Assembly: GCA_965655095.1 (NCBI GenBank)
Contig: OZ296652.1
Location: 74,896,001 to 74,960,000, forward strand
Direction of reading: 5' to 3'
From: Haplodiscus bocki
Taxonomy: Eukaryota
Length of the DNA: 64,000 nucleotides
The translations under genes were made by a program, and so were the position numbers. Below, in pieces: positions 47,416 through 60,763 of this stretch. Position 1 is the stretch's first letter. Every line of letters starts with the position of its first letter. The notes beneath the pieces were generated by a model. That model saw nothing but the letters and a program-made list of their open reading frames with translations, was not told the DNA's origin and made no database searches.

Positions 47416-50400
47416 AAACGCCGCGTCTTGACTCCGGAACTGCATGTGACAGAGCGGAAATATTTAACACATCAACTTTTCCACCAATTCTCCCGGTTGT
47501 CTGGCAGCGAACCCCCCAGAGATTTACAGATCAAGGCAACTTAAATAACATCAATATTGACTCTACAAAATAATACACTAAAGAAATTTCAAAGACAACT
47601 GTAGCAAGCCAACGGTCGCCACCCATGGGAAGTCAACCAGAGAACTACGTTGTTGCCACGGAGCGATCTCCAGGAAATCAAACAGGGAACGAGCCAGGAA
47701 CGTCCTTTAACTGCTCAAAGAATCGTCCTACCGATATCCAAGTTTCAGAACAACACGCAAAGACCACCTTCACTGGAGGTACAACATCTCCACCTCTCAC
47801 GATAACAACCCCACTGATCGAGGAAGGGCTGGTGAGGGATGAACAGACAAATGAATTTCATCTTCCATTAACCTCTACAGTAGTCCTGAAACAAAAACAA
47901 GAAAGGCTTCAGGATTTCGCGAATAACCAAACAGTATATGCTTTGGTAGACCCAAGAGCCTACGTCAGTGCAATTTCCAGAACGGCTTGGACACAAAAAA
48001 AACAGAACGCCCCACATAATGTTCTCAAAATCGACGGCTCTCCAAAATTTCAAACACAAGTAGGCAAGGGCCAGTTACAAAAACTGTTAGCAACGGCCAC
48101 GCTCAAAATTGAATTTGGAAACAAAATCTTCCCTGAACATTTCGCTGTAATGAAAAATTTAGCAAGACCGATAATAGAGTTGCATTTTATGAGGAACAAC
48201 AGTGTAGTCATTGATACGAAACACGGCCTCATACATTTCCCACAGTTGACGATGCAAGTCAAAACTGCTTCAAATGAAACAACCGCAAAAGCCCGGTCAA
48301 TCTTCACTAACTATATTCTAACGATACCACCCAGCACCACAAAAACAATCCTAGCCTTTGTTGACCATCCGTCAGAATGGAACACAACAAGGACCGTGAC
48401 ACCACTGGAGATGTTTATGGAAACGGCAAGTTTGCTGATTTCACACTCAATGTCGACAGGAGTTCATAAAAGAATAGCAATCAGAGTAACGAAGACAACG
48501 GAATCACCATATCTAATCAAGAAGAATACACAGATTGCAGGTTTCTCCGTAGTCATTCCGTAGCAATCCAAGCACATTAAACCAGTAGGTATCGCAGTCC
48601 TCAGTATGATTCCAAAAATTGATCCTGACCTGACTGCCTATCTAAACGAATTACTCACAACGAATAAAACCGAGCAGCAAAACAAGATTTTTTGGTTCTC
48701 GACACCTGAAATTTCTGGAAACCCTGAGGATGACACCCCAATACAGAAACGAATCAGCAAAGAATCAACTGAACTCAGAGATAAAGAAAAAACTCAATCC
48801 AACAGAGAGCACAGAATCCCAAACAAATTCCTCAAACGATTTGATTGGACTGACACACTTCTAACGGAAGCAGAGAAACAAGCAATTGAAGATATCCTGG
48901 TCGACTATCATGACATTTTCTCCAGACGCAGAGTGGACATTGGGAAGAACGCGGAACTCAAGATGAAACTAACCTCGAAAGACAACAAAGCTGTACACAG
49001 CCTAAGTCTACCAAGGCCAATCCACAAGAAAGAAGACATCATTGTTGAATTAGCTCTGATGCACAAATGTGGAATCATCAGGGTACTGCTTTTCTCCAAG
49101 TACGCAAGTCCCATATTTGCACAGAAGCCCAACAGAAAATTACGTCTCTTTGTGGATCTCAGGAAAATCAACACCCTGATTGCAGATGACTATACTAACA
49201 ATATTCAATCAGTCAGCACTTTGTCAGATGCAACGCAGTTCTTGGCAGGGAAGTCACTCTTCTGCAAATTAAACTGCTCCCAGGCTTCTCACTGTTTGCA
49301 AATGGCGGACCAACGGTCAGTGGAAATGCTTGCATTCAATTTTGTCAGCAGAACTTTTGCGTACAAAAGACTTGCACAAGGTTTCAGCAGATCTGTGTCT
49401 GCTTTTTCGAGCTTCATGCGCGAGTACTTGGACCCAGTTGTCGAAACTGACCAATGTTCTCAATATGTGGATGATATTGGAATTGCAGCCAATAACCCTA
49501 CGGACCTTACCCGGAACATTCGGGCAGTCTTCAAGTGTATTCGCCAGGCACACTTGAAACTGACAATTGAGAAATGCCTCTTCGGAGTCAGACAGGTTGA
49601 ATTCCTAGGGGCAACCATTTCATCCGAGGGAGTATTACCACAATCTCATAAAATTCAAAACTTTTTAAAAAAAGTGAAATTCCCCAAATGCAAAAAGGCT
49701 TTGCAGCACTATCTGGACTTCGTAATTTTTTACAGAAAATATATTCCCAGAATGGCTGAAAAGCTCAACCCATTCTAAAAAAATACCCACTCAAAACGAA
49801 TAATCCCGAGCAGCAAAACAATACTTTCTGGTTCCCAACACCTGAAAAAGCTGGAAAGCCTGACGATCACACCCGAATACAGACACGAATCCTCAAAGAA
49901 ATAAATGAACTCAAGGAGAAAGAAAAAATCAATCGACAAGAGAGTACAGAATCTCGAAACAAATTTCTCAAAGGATATGATTAGACTGACACACTTCTAA
50001 CCGAAACAGAGAAGTAAGCAATTGAAGAAACCCTGGTTGACTATCTAGACATTTTCGCCAGACACAGAATGGATATCGGTATGAACACAGAACTGTAGGT
50101 GATACTAAGTCCGAAAGACGATAAAGCCGTCTATAGCCAAAGTCTGCCCATGCCAACCCACTTGAAAGAATACCTAATTGTTGAATTGGCTCTAATGCAC
50201 AACCATGGAATCATCACAGTACTGCCTTTCTCCGAGTACGCAAGTCCTAATTTTGCAAAAAGGAATCCCGACGGAAAATTACGTCTCCTTCTGGATCTCC
50301 GGAAAACCAACACTCTGATTGCGGATGACTATACTAACAATAATCATCCAGTTAACACTCTGTCAGACGAAGCACAACACTCGACAAGGAAGTCATTGTT

Positions 50401-53330
50401 CTGCAAACTAGATTGCTCCCAATCTTGTCACTGTTCGCAGATGGCGGACCAACGGTCAGTGGAAATGCTCGCATTCATTTTCGCTAGCGGACCTTTTGCC
50501 TATAATAGACTTGCACAAGGTCTTAGCAGGTCTGTGTTTGCCTTTTCAAGTTTCATGCCGGAGTACTTGAACCTAGTCGTTAAAGCTGACCAATGTGCTC
50601 AAAACATGGACGACATTAGAATCGCAGCCAATATTTATACGGACCTCACGCGGAACATTGGGGCAGTCTTCTTGTGTATCAGCCTAGCAGGATTGAAAAT
50701 GACAATCAAAAAGTTCCATTTTGGAGCCAGACAAATTGAATAACTAAGGAGAACAGTTTTACCAGAAGGAATCTCACCACAAGCCCGGAAAATTCACAAT
50801 TTGTTATACAAATTTGGATCCACCAAGTCGAAAAAGGCGTTACAGCGACACCTGAGATTTTCGAACTAGTACAGAAACGAATTTCCTAGGATGGCTGCAA
50901 AAATTAATCAATTCCACAAATTGCTTCAAACGGAAGTCCCAAGCAACATTACGTCAGAAGCGAAAGAAACATTTCATTCAGTCAACAAAGCCCTCAGTGA
51001 CGCCTGCGAGTTATCATTGGAACAACCTATTCCAGGAATGCAGCTCCTCTTTTTGAGGGATGCCAGTTTTGGAAGCGCCGGGCATGTCCTCATGATTGAA
51101 GACAACCCTGATCAAAAGTTACAGTCGAAGCAGAAAACATACGCCCCGTGGCGTTTGGCTCAAAGGTTTTATCCTGCGCGCAACTCAAAAAGTCCATACA
51201 CTCAAATGAGTTTTTGGCACTTTATATGGCATATCTCGAGTTGGCACACGTTCTGTGAGAAGCAGCAAAACTAACGAATGTTCTGCCACACAAAATATCC
51301 AATATGCGTTTTTTCCCAACAAAAGCAATACAGCCAGCACTCTAGAATGCATATGATTCTGTGTTGCAATTTAATTTCAACATAGCACACATTGCCGGTT
51401 CAGTCAACACTGCGACTGATATAATCTCTCCAGACTGGAACTCAAAGTCGCGGAGGAGATTCGTCTCCAAATCCGCGAAGATATCCAAACAATACCTATC
51501 AAAGTGACCACATCTTCCTCGGATGTTGCTGACGCAGAACAACTTTTCTTCACACAAGAAGACAAAGAGGACGAGTCAGAAGAAGAAACACTTGAACGAA
51601 ACGAACAATCCCGACAAAATCCGAAACAATGGGCAGAAAATGAGGAACCACCCTCCTTGAAAACAAATGTGAAAGAGTTTACCAAGACCGACGGATACAC
51701 TACGTCGTATTCCATGAATGGAACCAAATAAATGCACGATTGCGAGTAGAGCTAGATGTCGATCTGGTCCTAAAGAACAAGAAATTGAAAATTCTAGGCC
51801 AACCACATGATGAAGTGCTAATTACGACAGATCAACGCTACAAACACTATAAAGCAAATGAAGACCGCATAACTCCTAAAGACGGCCTAATATTCAGGAA
51901 ACATTTTGCAGAAACCGGTAGCGTCAAATACTTCCAAAGTGTCATCCCAAAGCAATTAGTTGAAGAAGTACTCCGTAGCTTGCACGGAGAAGTTGAAAAA
52001 CAGCAGGGAATTACCGGAACAGTAAATGCTTACAGGGAAAAATATTTTTTCCCAAAACTCGCGCAATTAATTAGGGAGTGGGTCATGTCGTATCAGCAAT
52101 GTATCAGAGAATCACGAGTTGATCGCAGCCTCACCTGCCCTTGCCTACAAAACCTCAATGAGCACATTGCTGCGCCAGAAGACGCCATGCAAATTAATTT
52201 GGTGCCAGATCTACTTCTGTCCGGTGACTATAAAAATTTTGTGACACCCATGGACGTGTTTTTCCGCCATTTGTTTGCCAACACGACATTTAATCAAGAC
52301 GCCAAATCAATTGCTAAAGTTATAATTAACATCATGACTAAGCAAGCCTACTTACCAACTACACTCAATTCAGATAAAGGCTCAGCCTTTCCGTCTGACT
52401 TAATTAAAGGAGTGGCCTGTGTACTTGGTATTACTCTGAAGCACGCCACTACAAAGCACGCTCAAGCAATTGGGTTGTTTGAACAATCTCATGCATCAAT
52501 CAAACAAGCGGTGAAGAATGAAACAGGCGAGCGAAGATCACTGTGGCATAAATATTTTAGTATTGCGTTCCTTAGTTATAACACTTCTTATCACACAATT
52601 CTTGGCTGTGACTCAAGCCGAGTTCTTCTTGGACGTATTACTTACAATATTTTGAAATCGAATTTGGGAATTCGCCTACAGCAAACACCCATTCCCACCT
52701 CCTAGATTGCCCAAGATGTTTTTGATCAAACGCAGATGATCTACCAAAAGTTTCGCACGAGTGCTACGCAAGCTTACATCAAATACAAAGCTTTTTGAGA
52801 CAAAAAAGGTCACCGCTTCAAAACTTAAAGAAGCAGATTAAGTATTCGTCTCACGGCCGAAAGCAGATCACCAAGGGATTAAAATTCTTTTCATGGAATT
52901 TCGGTGGATTGGCCCCTACATTATTCAAAAATTGTTACCTACTAACAAAGATCTGGTATGCAAACTTGGCACCAACAAGACGAAAGTGCTTCATCGCATA
53001 CAGATGCGGCAATTCACACCCCGACAACCTCTACCTGATATACGCATCACGCCACGATAGTGGAAAGCCGATCCGGAAGTGAGCCTCAAACACGATGATT
53101 GGTACGCTAAAGCTTGGGAGTGTGAATACGAAAAGCCAATTTTTGACGCCGAAAATGATAATGCAACGCTACCCAATTCACCCGATAAGTCTTTTACAGG
53201 CTGATTTATTAAACGAAGAAACCTGAAACCCACCACGAACCGCACGGGAGTGTTCCCGAGAAGTTTCTCCCCAAACGAAAGAATTATGTGGCGTAACGTG
53301 AAGCCTAATTGCCATGAAGATTACAGACAT
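47416..53330 (+). pseudogene. pol: pol of element B with tandemly duplicated RT segment
   Basis: ALVDPRAY (decayed protease); RT copy 1 with QYVDDI, RT copy 2 with QNMDDI; RNase H LRDAS; integrase ORF 51740..52705 (NSDKG, GLFEQSH); GPY module. Confidence 0.93.
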
Positions 53331-53699
53331 TAATTTTTTTCCTGCACTAGTGTGTTCCACAGAACGCGTACGTAGACGTTCCAGAAATCCCAGGAACCCG
53401 TCAGGTAAGAAATACGTAGCAGTTCAAAAATTTTGCTTTATTCATTTCTGGCTGTTTCCTGTTGACTAACTCACCTGTTACTCACTCCTACTTACTGAAA
53501 ATTACGGCCACTTACATTAAAAACAGTTATAGATTTTTTTCTACATGTCAGCCGGATTTATGTCCATAATCCTTTATTATTTTCGACTACCTGACTAAAT
53601 ACTATATATACATCAAAATCAAACCAATACAATAAACATGGCAGTTCAACAAGGATCAAAAGAGGGGAAACAACGAAAAAAAATTAAAGAAAACTGGCC

Positions 53700-56600
53700 T
53701 CACGGAAAGCCAATTTGAAATACTGGGGCGGCACGTCAATCCCGCCCACTTCAACGTGACTTCCCACCAGAAGCCTGTGATGCCAAAGCGGACGCAAAAC
53801 TCGGATTTTCTACAGAAGATCGCGTCTGGGGACAAGTCGAAGGACTGGAACTTTCAAACTTCCGCGGCAATTTCATGGGCTCTGAAAAATTTTTCACCTC
53901 CGCTTGCTGAAGGAAGAACGAATTTTGCCAGGCCCAGGAGGACCAAGAGCAGACGAAGCAACTGGCACATATTCGACGTGCCCCTCTTCCACGACATCTG
54001 AAATTCGCACCCCTGGCCCTGATGCTAGTTCGCTCCAAGGGCTGCCACCATGATACCATCGCTCACTGGTGTCTCTGGCAGTGCGACGGCGCAAGACTAC
54101 CCGATTCCAACAAGCAAACAGATCAAGTACGACTTGACCTGCGCATGCTATCTCTACAATACTTCACGCGGTATAGGCAGGACTTGACGTGATGCTATCG
54201 GCGACGGCAACAAACTCAAACAGCATTGTCAAGCTGGACTCTGAGAAGAAACTTCTCTGTGTGAAGTGCGGGCTCGGAACAAAATCTTACATATAGAGCA
54301 GGACACCATGCACTTCTTCTTCCTTGATGGCGACACGATCGAGGCTGACAACAAAAGTTTCGCCACGAGTTAAACGACCACGAATAACAAATACTGTTGA
54401 CCGGAACACCTGAAACATCGTAGTCTCATGAGCAAAAACAAACAACTCATGAAAGTGCAAAAGAACATGCATGATTGGATGAGAAACCAGCCTGTGCAGA
54501 ACAGAACAATAGTACATCCCCTACGTCAGGGCGGCTCCTCGTGCACGACAGCTCCAGCTGCCGCTGTTCCTGCACAAAGCGCTGGTACACAGCCCTGCAT
54601 GCTTCAATTTCGCTACCATCCAGGAGCTTGTTGAACAGCTGGAAGGGAGCGACGTCATCCCCACCAACTACAATTGCAGGGCAGAAGCAAAAAATACCCT
54701 GTCTTATGAGCGATATCGAAGCAACGGTCGACAGTAAACAATTCACAAACTCTTCGAGAAAGCGACGGGCATCACGGCGAAACTCTGTCCGTAAATACTG
54801 GCTCCCAACTTCGTCCAGTGCAGCCATCACGCGAGTGCCAGAGAGAAAGTCTTTTCCATCAATCGCAGGAAACCACGAATGATTTCCGACCACATGTTCC
54901 TCCCATTGCTCTACAGGTTGCACCGATGAGGATTTCTTAATTTTCTGTAGCAAGCAGTCAATAAAGCCTGCCAATTCTCTGAAAGGGTGGTATCCATGAT
55001 CTGCTGCAGCGGAAGAGTTAACAAAATTGTTGGCAACTGAAACAAAAACTTTTATCACAGGCATGGCAACAGAACTAGCAACATCCACTGTTTGCTGTGA
55101 GGCGAAAAAACAAACGTGGAACCATCTTGGAACAATACTAGTGTAATCCTAGAAAATCACGGGAAAGTTTTCCCGGAATCACTACCTGCCTATGAAAACT
55201 CAAAAGCAGACTGCATAGAATTACTTACAGATTTCAAGAAGGAGGTGTAGCAAACGGAACTTCGTACGCGCCATTTGGTCCAGGTACAAGTACCCGTCCC
55301 TTCTCTTCTTCTAAACATCACCAAGGCAGTAAACATGGGTACAAAAATGCACCAACAGAATCGAAATAGGAAGATTTTACCAGAAAACTATCGCCGTCAT
55401 CTTTGCGTCCCATCTCCTTCAATTAGGAGACGATCAAGGGCCACACACCAATGATGTTGGCCACAATGTCCACAAGATGAGGCATACCCACATAGTTTGT
55501 CAAAAAGGACTTTTTCCGAGCGGGGCAAAATGACGTCCAATCTCGTATCTCAGCGCCTTTCAGCCGATTTACAATGAACTCAGTCATTGCGAAACCGTCT
55601 AAACTACCGATTACACTGGAAGTTGTCCGCTGCAAACAACGTTTGAGCAGGCGAAGATCAAAACTGGGGTAGTCAGTTGGCTTTGGACGATAGCAACTGC
55701 TCAGATACTCGCAGAAGCTTTCCACGAGAATGGTTGATCCGCCGCTGATTGAAAGCACTGACACGTCAGGTCCCAGTGCGTCTATTAATCGACCCATTGC
55801 TGAAATTTACTGATGAGGAACGCTACTGTAACGATCCAACGTTGCCACGCAAACTCTCCGAAATATGTCTTTCTCCCAGGTGCGAAGAAACACCCGCACC
55901 TCTTCGCCTTGTTCATCGAACTAAACGCTGCAGCTCTCGTGTGATTGTGTCCAATTGATGCAACGATACAAAATCCGAGGATACATCCCATTGAGAATGA
56001 CGGACTAAAACACGCAACAAGCTGAATGCACACAAGCTACGTGGACAAAACGGCACAAATGGAAATACTAACCAATACCTCGTCGCCTGACCACGTAACA
56101 TCCACGTTAACTCGGACAGCAGACAGAGTAAACTGCGGCCAGAGCTAGTACACCACTTCATAACTTCCACCCACACGCAGCACCTCAATGAGGGAAGAAA
56201 CTTTAGCCATAATCCCAAGATTGGGATCCACATCAGCGGTCTCGTCCAAAATGACGTCCTCAGAAAAGGGGTAATTCCTGTCTCTCACAACAAAAAAGCC
56301 CTCATTATTCTATCCCACTGTCGCTCAACATCTGCAGGACTCATGACATTCCCCGCATAGTCCAACATTTCCCAGCCTTGTGTCTTCAACCTCAGACGTT
56401 GGTCAGGTGGAAGATGCTTGCTGCACTGGAAGTGTCGCAAATTTTCGTGGTGGCCATGAGTCACTACAGAGACGTACTTGCACCAAATACGGCAATACAA
56501 ATGGCTGGACTTTGTCGCAACATCTGTGGGCCCAGTCACAAGAAACTGTCCAACATCACTGGTCCCCACTCCTTCTTCATTTTGTAAATCTTTTTGGACC

Positions 56601-58094
56601 GCATTCTTTGCCGGCGCTCACCCATGTGACATTCATCGCCGCTTGCGTCGCTGCTGTCACCCAATGGAGGAACAGCACGGGACGGCCTCTGCTCCACCTG
56701 CTTCAGCCGCCTCAAAACTTCATCTAATCCCGTGAAAAGCAAATATGCCTGAAAAGAAAGATTCTGTGAATGGAAAGAAGCACCATGAGTGTGAAAAAGA
56801 AACCTTGCTGAACTACAAAACAATACGAGGAAATTAAAATATTTTATGACGATGAAAACAAGTAATACTAATTTGTCAATAGGGGTTCAAGAATCTGTGC
56901 CTTCTCCTCAGCAAAAACTGAACGGCAAAAGGTGACTAACTGGTGATCTGTCGCGTTGATTGGCGTAATAGCAAGATCGGTGGAGAAGTGGTCTAACAGA
57001 AAAACAGCGGAATTGTGGAACCGCCAGGGAGCGCCACTAGCAGTATCCTTATTTTCATTGATACATACCATTGTCGAAAGCATGCTCCATTAAAGTGCGA
57101 CTGCGCTCTTGAATCAAAATTTCAATTGGGGCTGATGCACCTCGTGCTAAAGGCACTAAACGGTGAGTTATTCAAGCACTTCTTGATCTCTGCCTTTTCG
57201 TCTCAGCCTCTGTAGAGTTGTCTTTCTCTCCAAAATTAGCTACTGGGGCTTATGCTTGACCTGAAAAATGACACCGATGAAAATCGACTCAAGTCTTGCC
57301 AAATGCAAAAGTAAATCAAATCCATATTTGACTCATGATCAAGTCTGGTATCAGTGAACAGGAGCATTTCTCAAGGTGTCAGCACCCTCTTTACATGATG
57401 TGGTACGCCCGACCTCGAATTAAGTCAAAAAAGTACCCGGAGCACAAGATTCACTACTTCCGGGATGAATAGCAGCCTCACCAGGTGAATCAGGCACTAA
57501 AACACAATAGCCTCATGATGCCTTCTTCATGAACAGGCGCGCGCTGAACACCAGCTTTGGGAAAATATGAGTGGCCCCCATGTAAATCCTACAGACTAAA
57601 AACTAATGGAGAGTGAAGAAAGAAGACTAACATGTAGGCAAAGGAGATGTGTCGACAACACCCTCTGCCAACGTCTCCAATGACAATTTCGTACGTGCCA
57701 GCGCATCCGCAAAAGTCCAGCCCTCGGACTCAGCATTGCCGACTGCAGTAATACCGCTCATGATATCAACGGAACTATCATTGTCATCAGCCTCTCCTCC
57801 CAAAATAAAATGACGCGAATAACTCTCCTCACCAGTCAGATGATCCAAAAAGTCTTGGACACATTCCTCTCCTTCTCGCACAGCCACAGACGTTTCGGGC
57901 ACAACACAAACATTTAGGGCTAGACTGACCGTTGAAGCAGTCTCATCGATTGCCAAGTCCCCCTCAGCAGAACTTGACACACCCTCAGTGAGCAGGGCGG
58001 CCACTTTACTCTCACCACAAGAACTAGCCATCACAGATTTGGCGCAAGACGTGGCTTTTAAACTATTACATGGTGGATTTATACATACATTCAT
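53700..58094 (-). pseudogene. Antisense multi-exon gene derived from a hAT/BED-finger transposase, carried in element B
   Basis: BED-like finger YCRIWCKYVSV..HGHHENLRHFQCSKH (~56500-56420); hAT-like helical segments LVDIVANIIGVWPLIVS*LKE and TKFRLLHLLLEI; ORFs 57627..58094, 55423..55797, 54447..55088 and 53894..54094. A GT-AG intron at 55380-55311, a GTAAGT donor at 55228 and several polypyrimidine-AG acceptors, all on the minus strand. Confidence 0.7.
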
Positions 58095-58415
58095 ACAAAT
58101 TTCAATTTTTCAATTTCAAGTTTGATTAAATCGTCTGCCACCAAACATGTCAGCATTCATTTCCAGGGACACATTGAGGAACGATACCCAAGTGTTCCTT
58201 AAGTTTAAAAACTCAATTTTTTTAGATTTGTTTACACCTGATAAACTTCAACTTCACTCCTTCCTTCGTAACTTCATCAACGCTGAGCAGGAACGCGGGA
58301 ACATCAAAAAAAATCCCGCCTGATGAAAGGTGAAATATGGTTACCCGCAATACCAATCACTTTCTGAAGTCAATATCTTATATTCAGTTGCATTTTATCG
58401 ATCAGTACAATCGAA

Positions 58416-59075
58416 GATGTTTGGACCATTTTCTGCAGAAACCAATGATTCAGATTTATTTTATGTGGAACAATTGTCGAATGAAACCAGTCCACCCGGC
58501 CGAATGTCCTCAATTCCACACAAATTTCAGGCAACAATAACCGGAAAATGATAACAATATCATCCATTGCATCGCTGGGACCAGAAATCATTACGAGCGA
58601 CTCTATTTTGAATGAACCAACGATGCCATACGGATTTGGACGGCAGCTACCAAATATTTCAACAAGCCTCAACAATGTGAACCTGACGCCCAATCCATTC
58701 AATATTTCGGCAACAACGGCGGGGGCATAACGTACAGCAGAAGGGCATGATGAAAACTACAGCCCACAGTCAACGGAGCCTCCGGAACCGTCACCGATAT
58801 CAACGCCCCCGATAAGCTTCAGCACAATTGAGTGACGGGAGACAACCCACACGACGATGGATGATAATGCATTCTACTCCGATGATGAACCCAAGAGAAT
58901 TTATTTTTCTAACATCAAGTCCTTCCCACCGCCACCACCCCGAAAGTTGAAAAGGAAAATGAGCCTTGCAATGTCCTTCCCGAAACAAGGGTGAGTGTTG
59001 CAGCACATCTGCGAGGCTTGTGGATAGTCACTCCCTGAGCTGAGGGACATACCAGGCCCGTCGTCAACAAACTGA
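58416..59075 (+). pseudogene. Pro/Ser-rich sense ORF crossing the PPT and ending inside the 3' LTR
   Basis: MFGPFSAETNDSD... then, after a frameshift and in-frame stops, ...PPPPPRKLKRKMSLAMSFPKQG*VLQHICEACG*SLPELRDIPGPSSTN*. The LTR-encoded end is conserved as protein in other LTR copies. Confidence 0.55.
58982..58995 (+). promoter_or_regulatory. Polypurine tract of element B (decayed)
   Basis: GAAACAAGGGTGAG immediately precedes the TG of the 3' LTR. Confidence 0.7.
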
Positions 59076-60763
59076 AATCTCTAGACTGAAAACGTCATAT
59101 ACATATACTACAATATTTTTCATCAGTTTTATATAAATGATAAGTAGTAGTTACGTATGAACCCTGTGCACATTTATGTATTTCATATAAACGATCCACA
59201 GTGGTTACGTATCGTTCCATAACTTGTACTTCATGTAAAAAGCAGGTATCCTGTACGTGTAATTCCGGTGAACAGATCCAGATTGGGACGGAGCAACTAC
59301 GGAACAAACGGATATTCATTTACTTTCCCTACTCTATATTTATCATACTATTGGGTGCTATTTTTATAAATAATATAACTAATTAGTGTATGACTCCACG
59401 TTGTCAATTCACTTGTGCAGTAATTTAAACCAAAATTGACAGTGTCAACAAGTTTGCATTAACTGTTAAGGCTATTATTACAGAGCGTGAGTTTAAAAGT
59501 GAATATTTGTTGCGTTTGTGTTCCGTCATAACCAATCTGCTGACGTCATTAGAAATTAAACCAATCCGCTGTGCTACTACGCTGTGTCGTTTTGGATGGA
59601 CACGGAACGGTTACGTAGCCACATAATTCTTTTTCCTCAGTAGCACTGTGGAGAGCAGTGCTACAAGCGGCTACGAAGTCGTTCCGGAACGCCTTGGCTA
59701 AAATGAGGAACCGGCATGTAGAAATGATGAACGGGCTGGGAAAAAGCTTAAGTTTGTTCCCAGCAGTGGATATAATTGACGCAATATGTAAACACATGTA
59801 AACATTAACTTTATCCATCAATTATATGTTTTACTTTTACGTGTTTTATTCTTATTTGTTGTATTTTTTTTAGTAATTTCCTCCTATAAAGCAACTTTGT
59901 GATCTTTTGTTTATATTTTTGTTTATTGTGTCGGCGCGGTAATAACCACTTTGATGCCCATTTCTAACGGATTAGACCCGTACAATTCCTGTCGAAAGAT
60001 GGGAAAGACTCGGTCTGTGAAAGAAGAAATGGACGGAGAGGTGTTTATTTCCAGCCAGTGTTGACATTTTTTCCTTTGTAAATATTATGATTAAAGTTTT
60101 TTTTCCCTATTTGCAGCGCGAATTGGAGTATAAACAATTTTGTTTCCCGCCAAGAAAAAGGTACAAATGGAGAAACGAAAACACCATTACTGTCATATCA
60201 TTTGTAGCCTTTTGTATTGCACTCATTTTTCAAGTCATTAACTGTTTGTTTGCGTTGAAACCTTTGCCTCATAATAAGAAGAGATTTTCGTTTTTGTTAT
60301 AAAATTAAAAACGCAATTCAGTCTTCACAACTGACAGAACATTTTCCTCAGAGTCATGACAACGTTGAAGAATAGAAGGAAATTAGCGGCAGTTGCAAGG
60401 GAAACACCTGAAGATACTGGGAACAGTCAGTCGCAAAACACACTTGATCCAGGAATGGCTCAGGAGTACATCTCCTAGGTTTCTGAAGAGATTGATGGGA
60501 GGGTAACTAAAGAAACTTTCCAAAGAATTCAGCCGGACGGAGTCACGTATTTTGGGTGCTTTGTCTAAGCTTGACGATTTTTTTTCTGAATCCACATGTT
60601 GAGACTTGTTCCGTAGCTGTTCCGGGAACATCCAGGAACAACGAACCAGAAAACCGGAAACCCACTGAGGATCGTTCCCTGGGCGATTCCTGTCCCGAAG
60701 CGGTGTTCTCTAACTACCATTCTAGTAATCTGAACGATTCAGAGCAGGAAGAGACGCATCACA
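58996..60763 (+). repeat. 3' LTR of element B
   Basis: TGTTGCAGCA...GCATCACA, a direct repeat of 44301-46067. Confidence 0.93.

Larger units (their letters stand above)
44301..60763 (+). mobile_element. Full-length-sized (16.5 kb) Ty3/Gypsy LTR retrotransposon, element B, decayed
   Basis: TG...CA LTRs of ~1.77 kb, PBS-like sites, gag-pol, a 5.6-kb extra 3' region and a PPT. The flanks GACGC/GCCAC match 3 of 5 and may be a decayed TSD. Confidence 0.92.
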
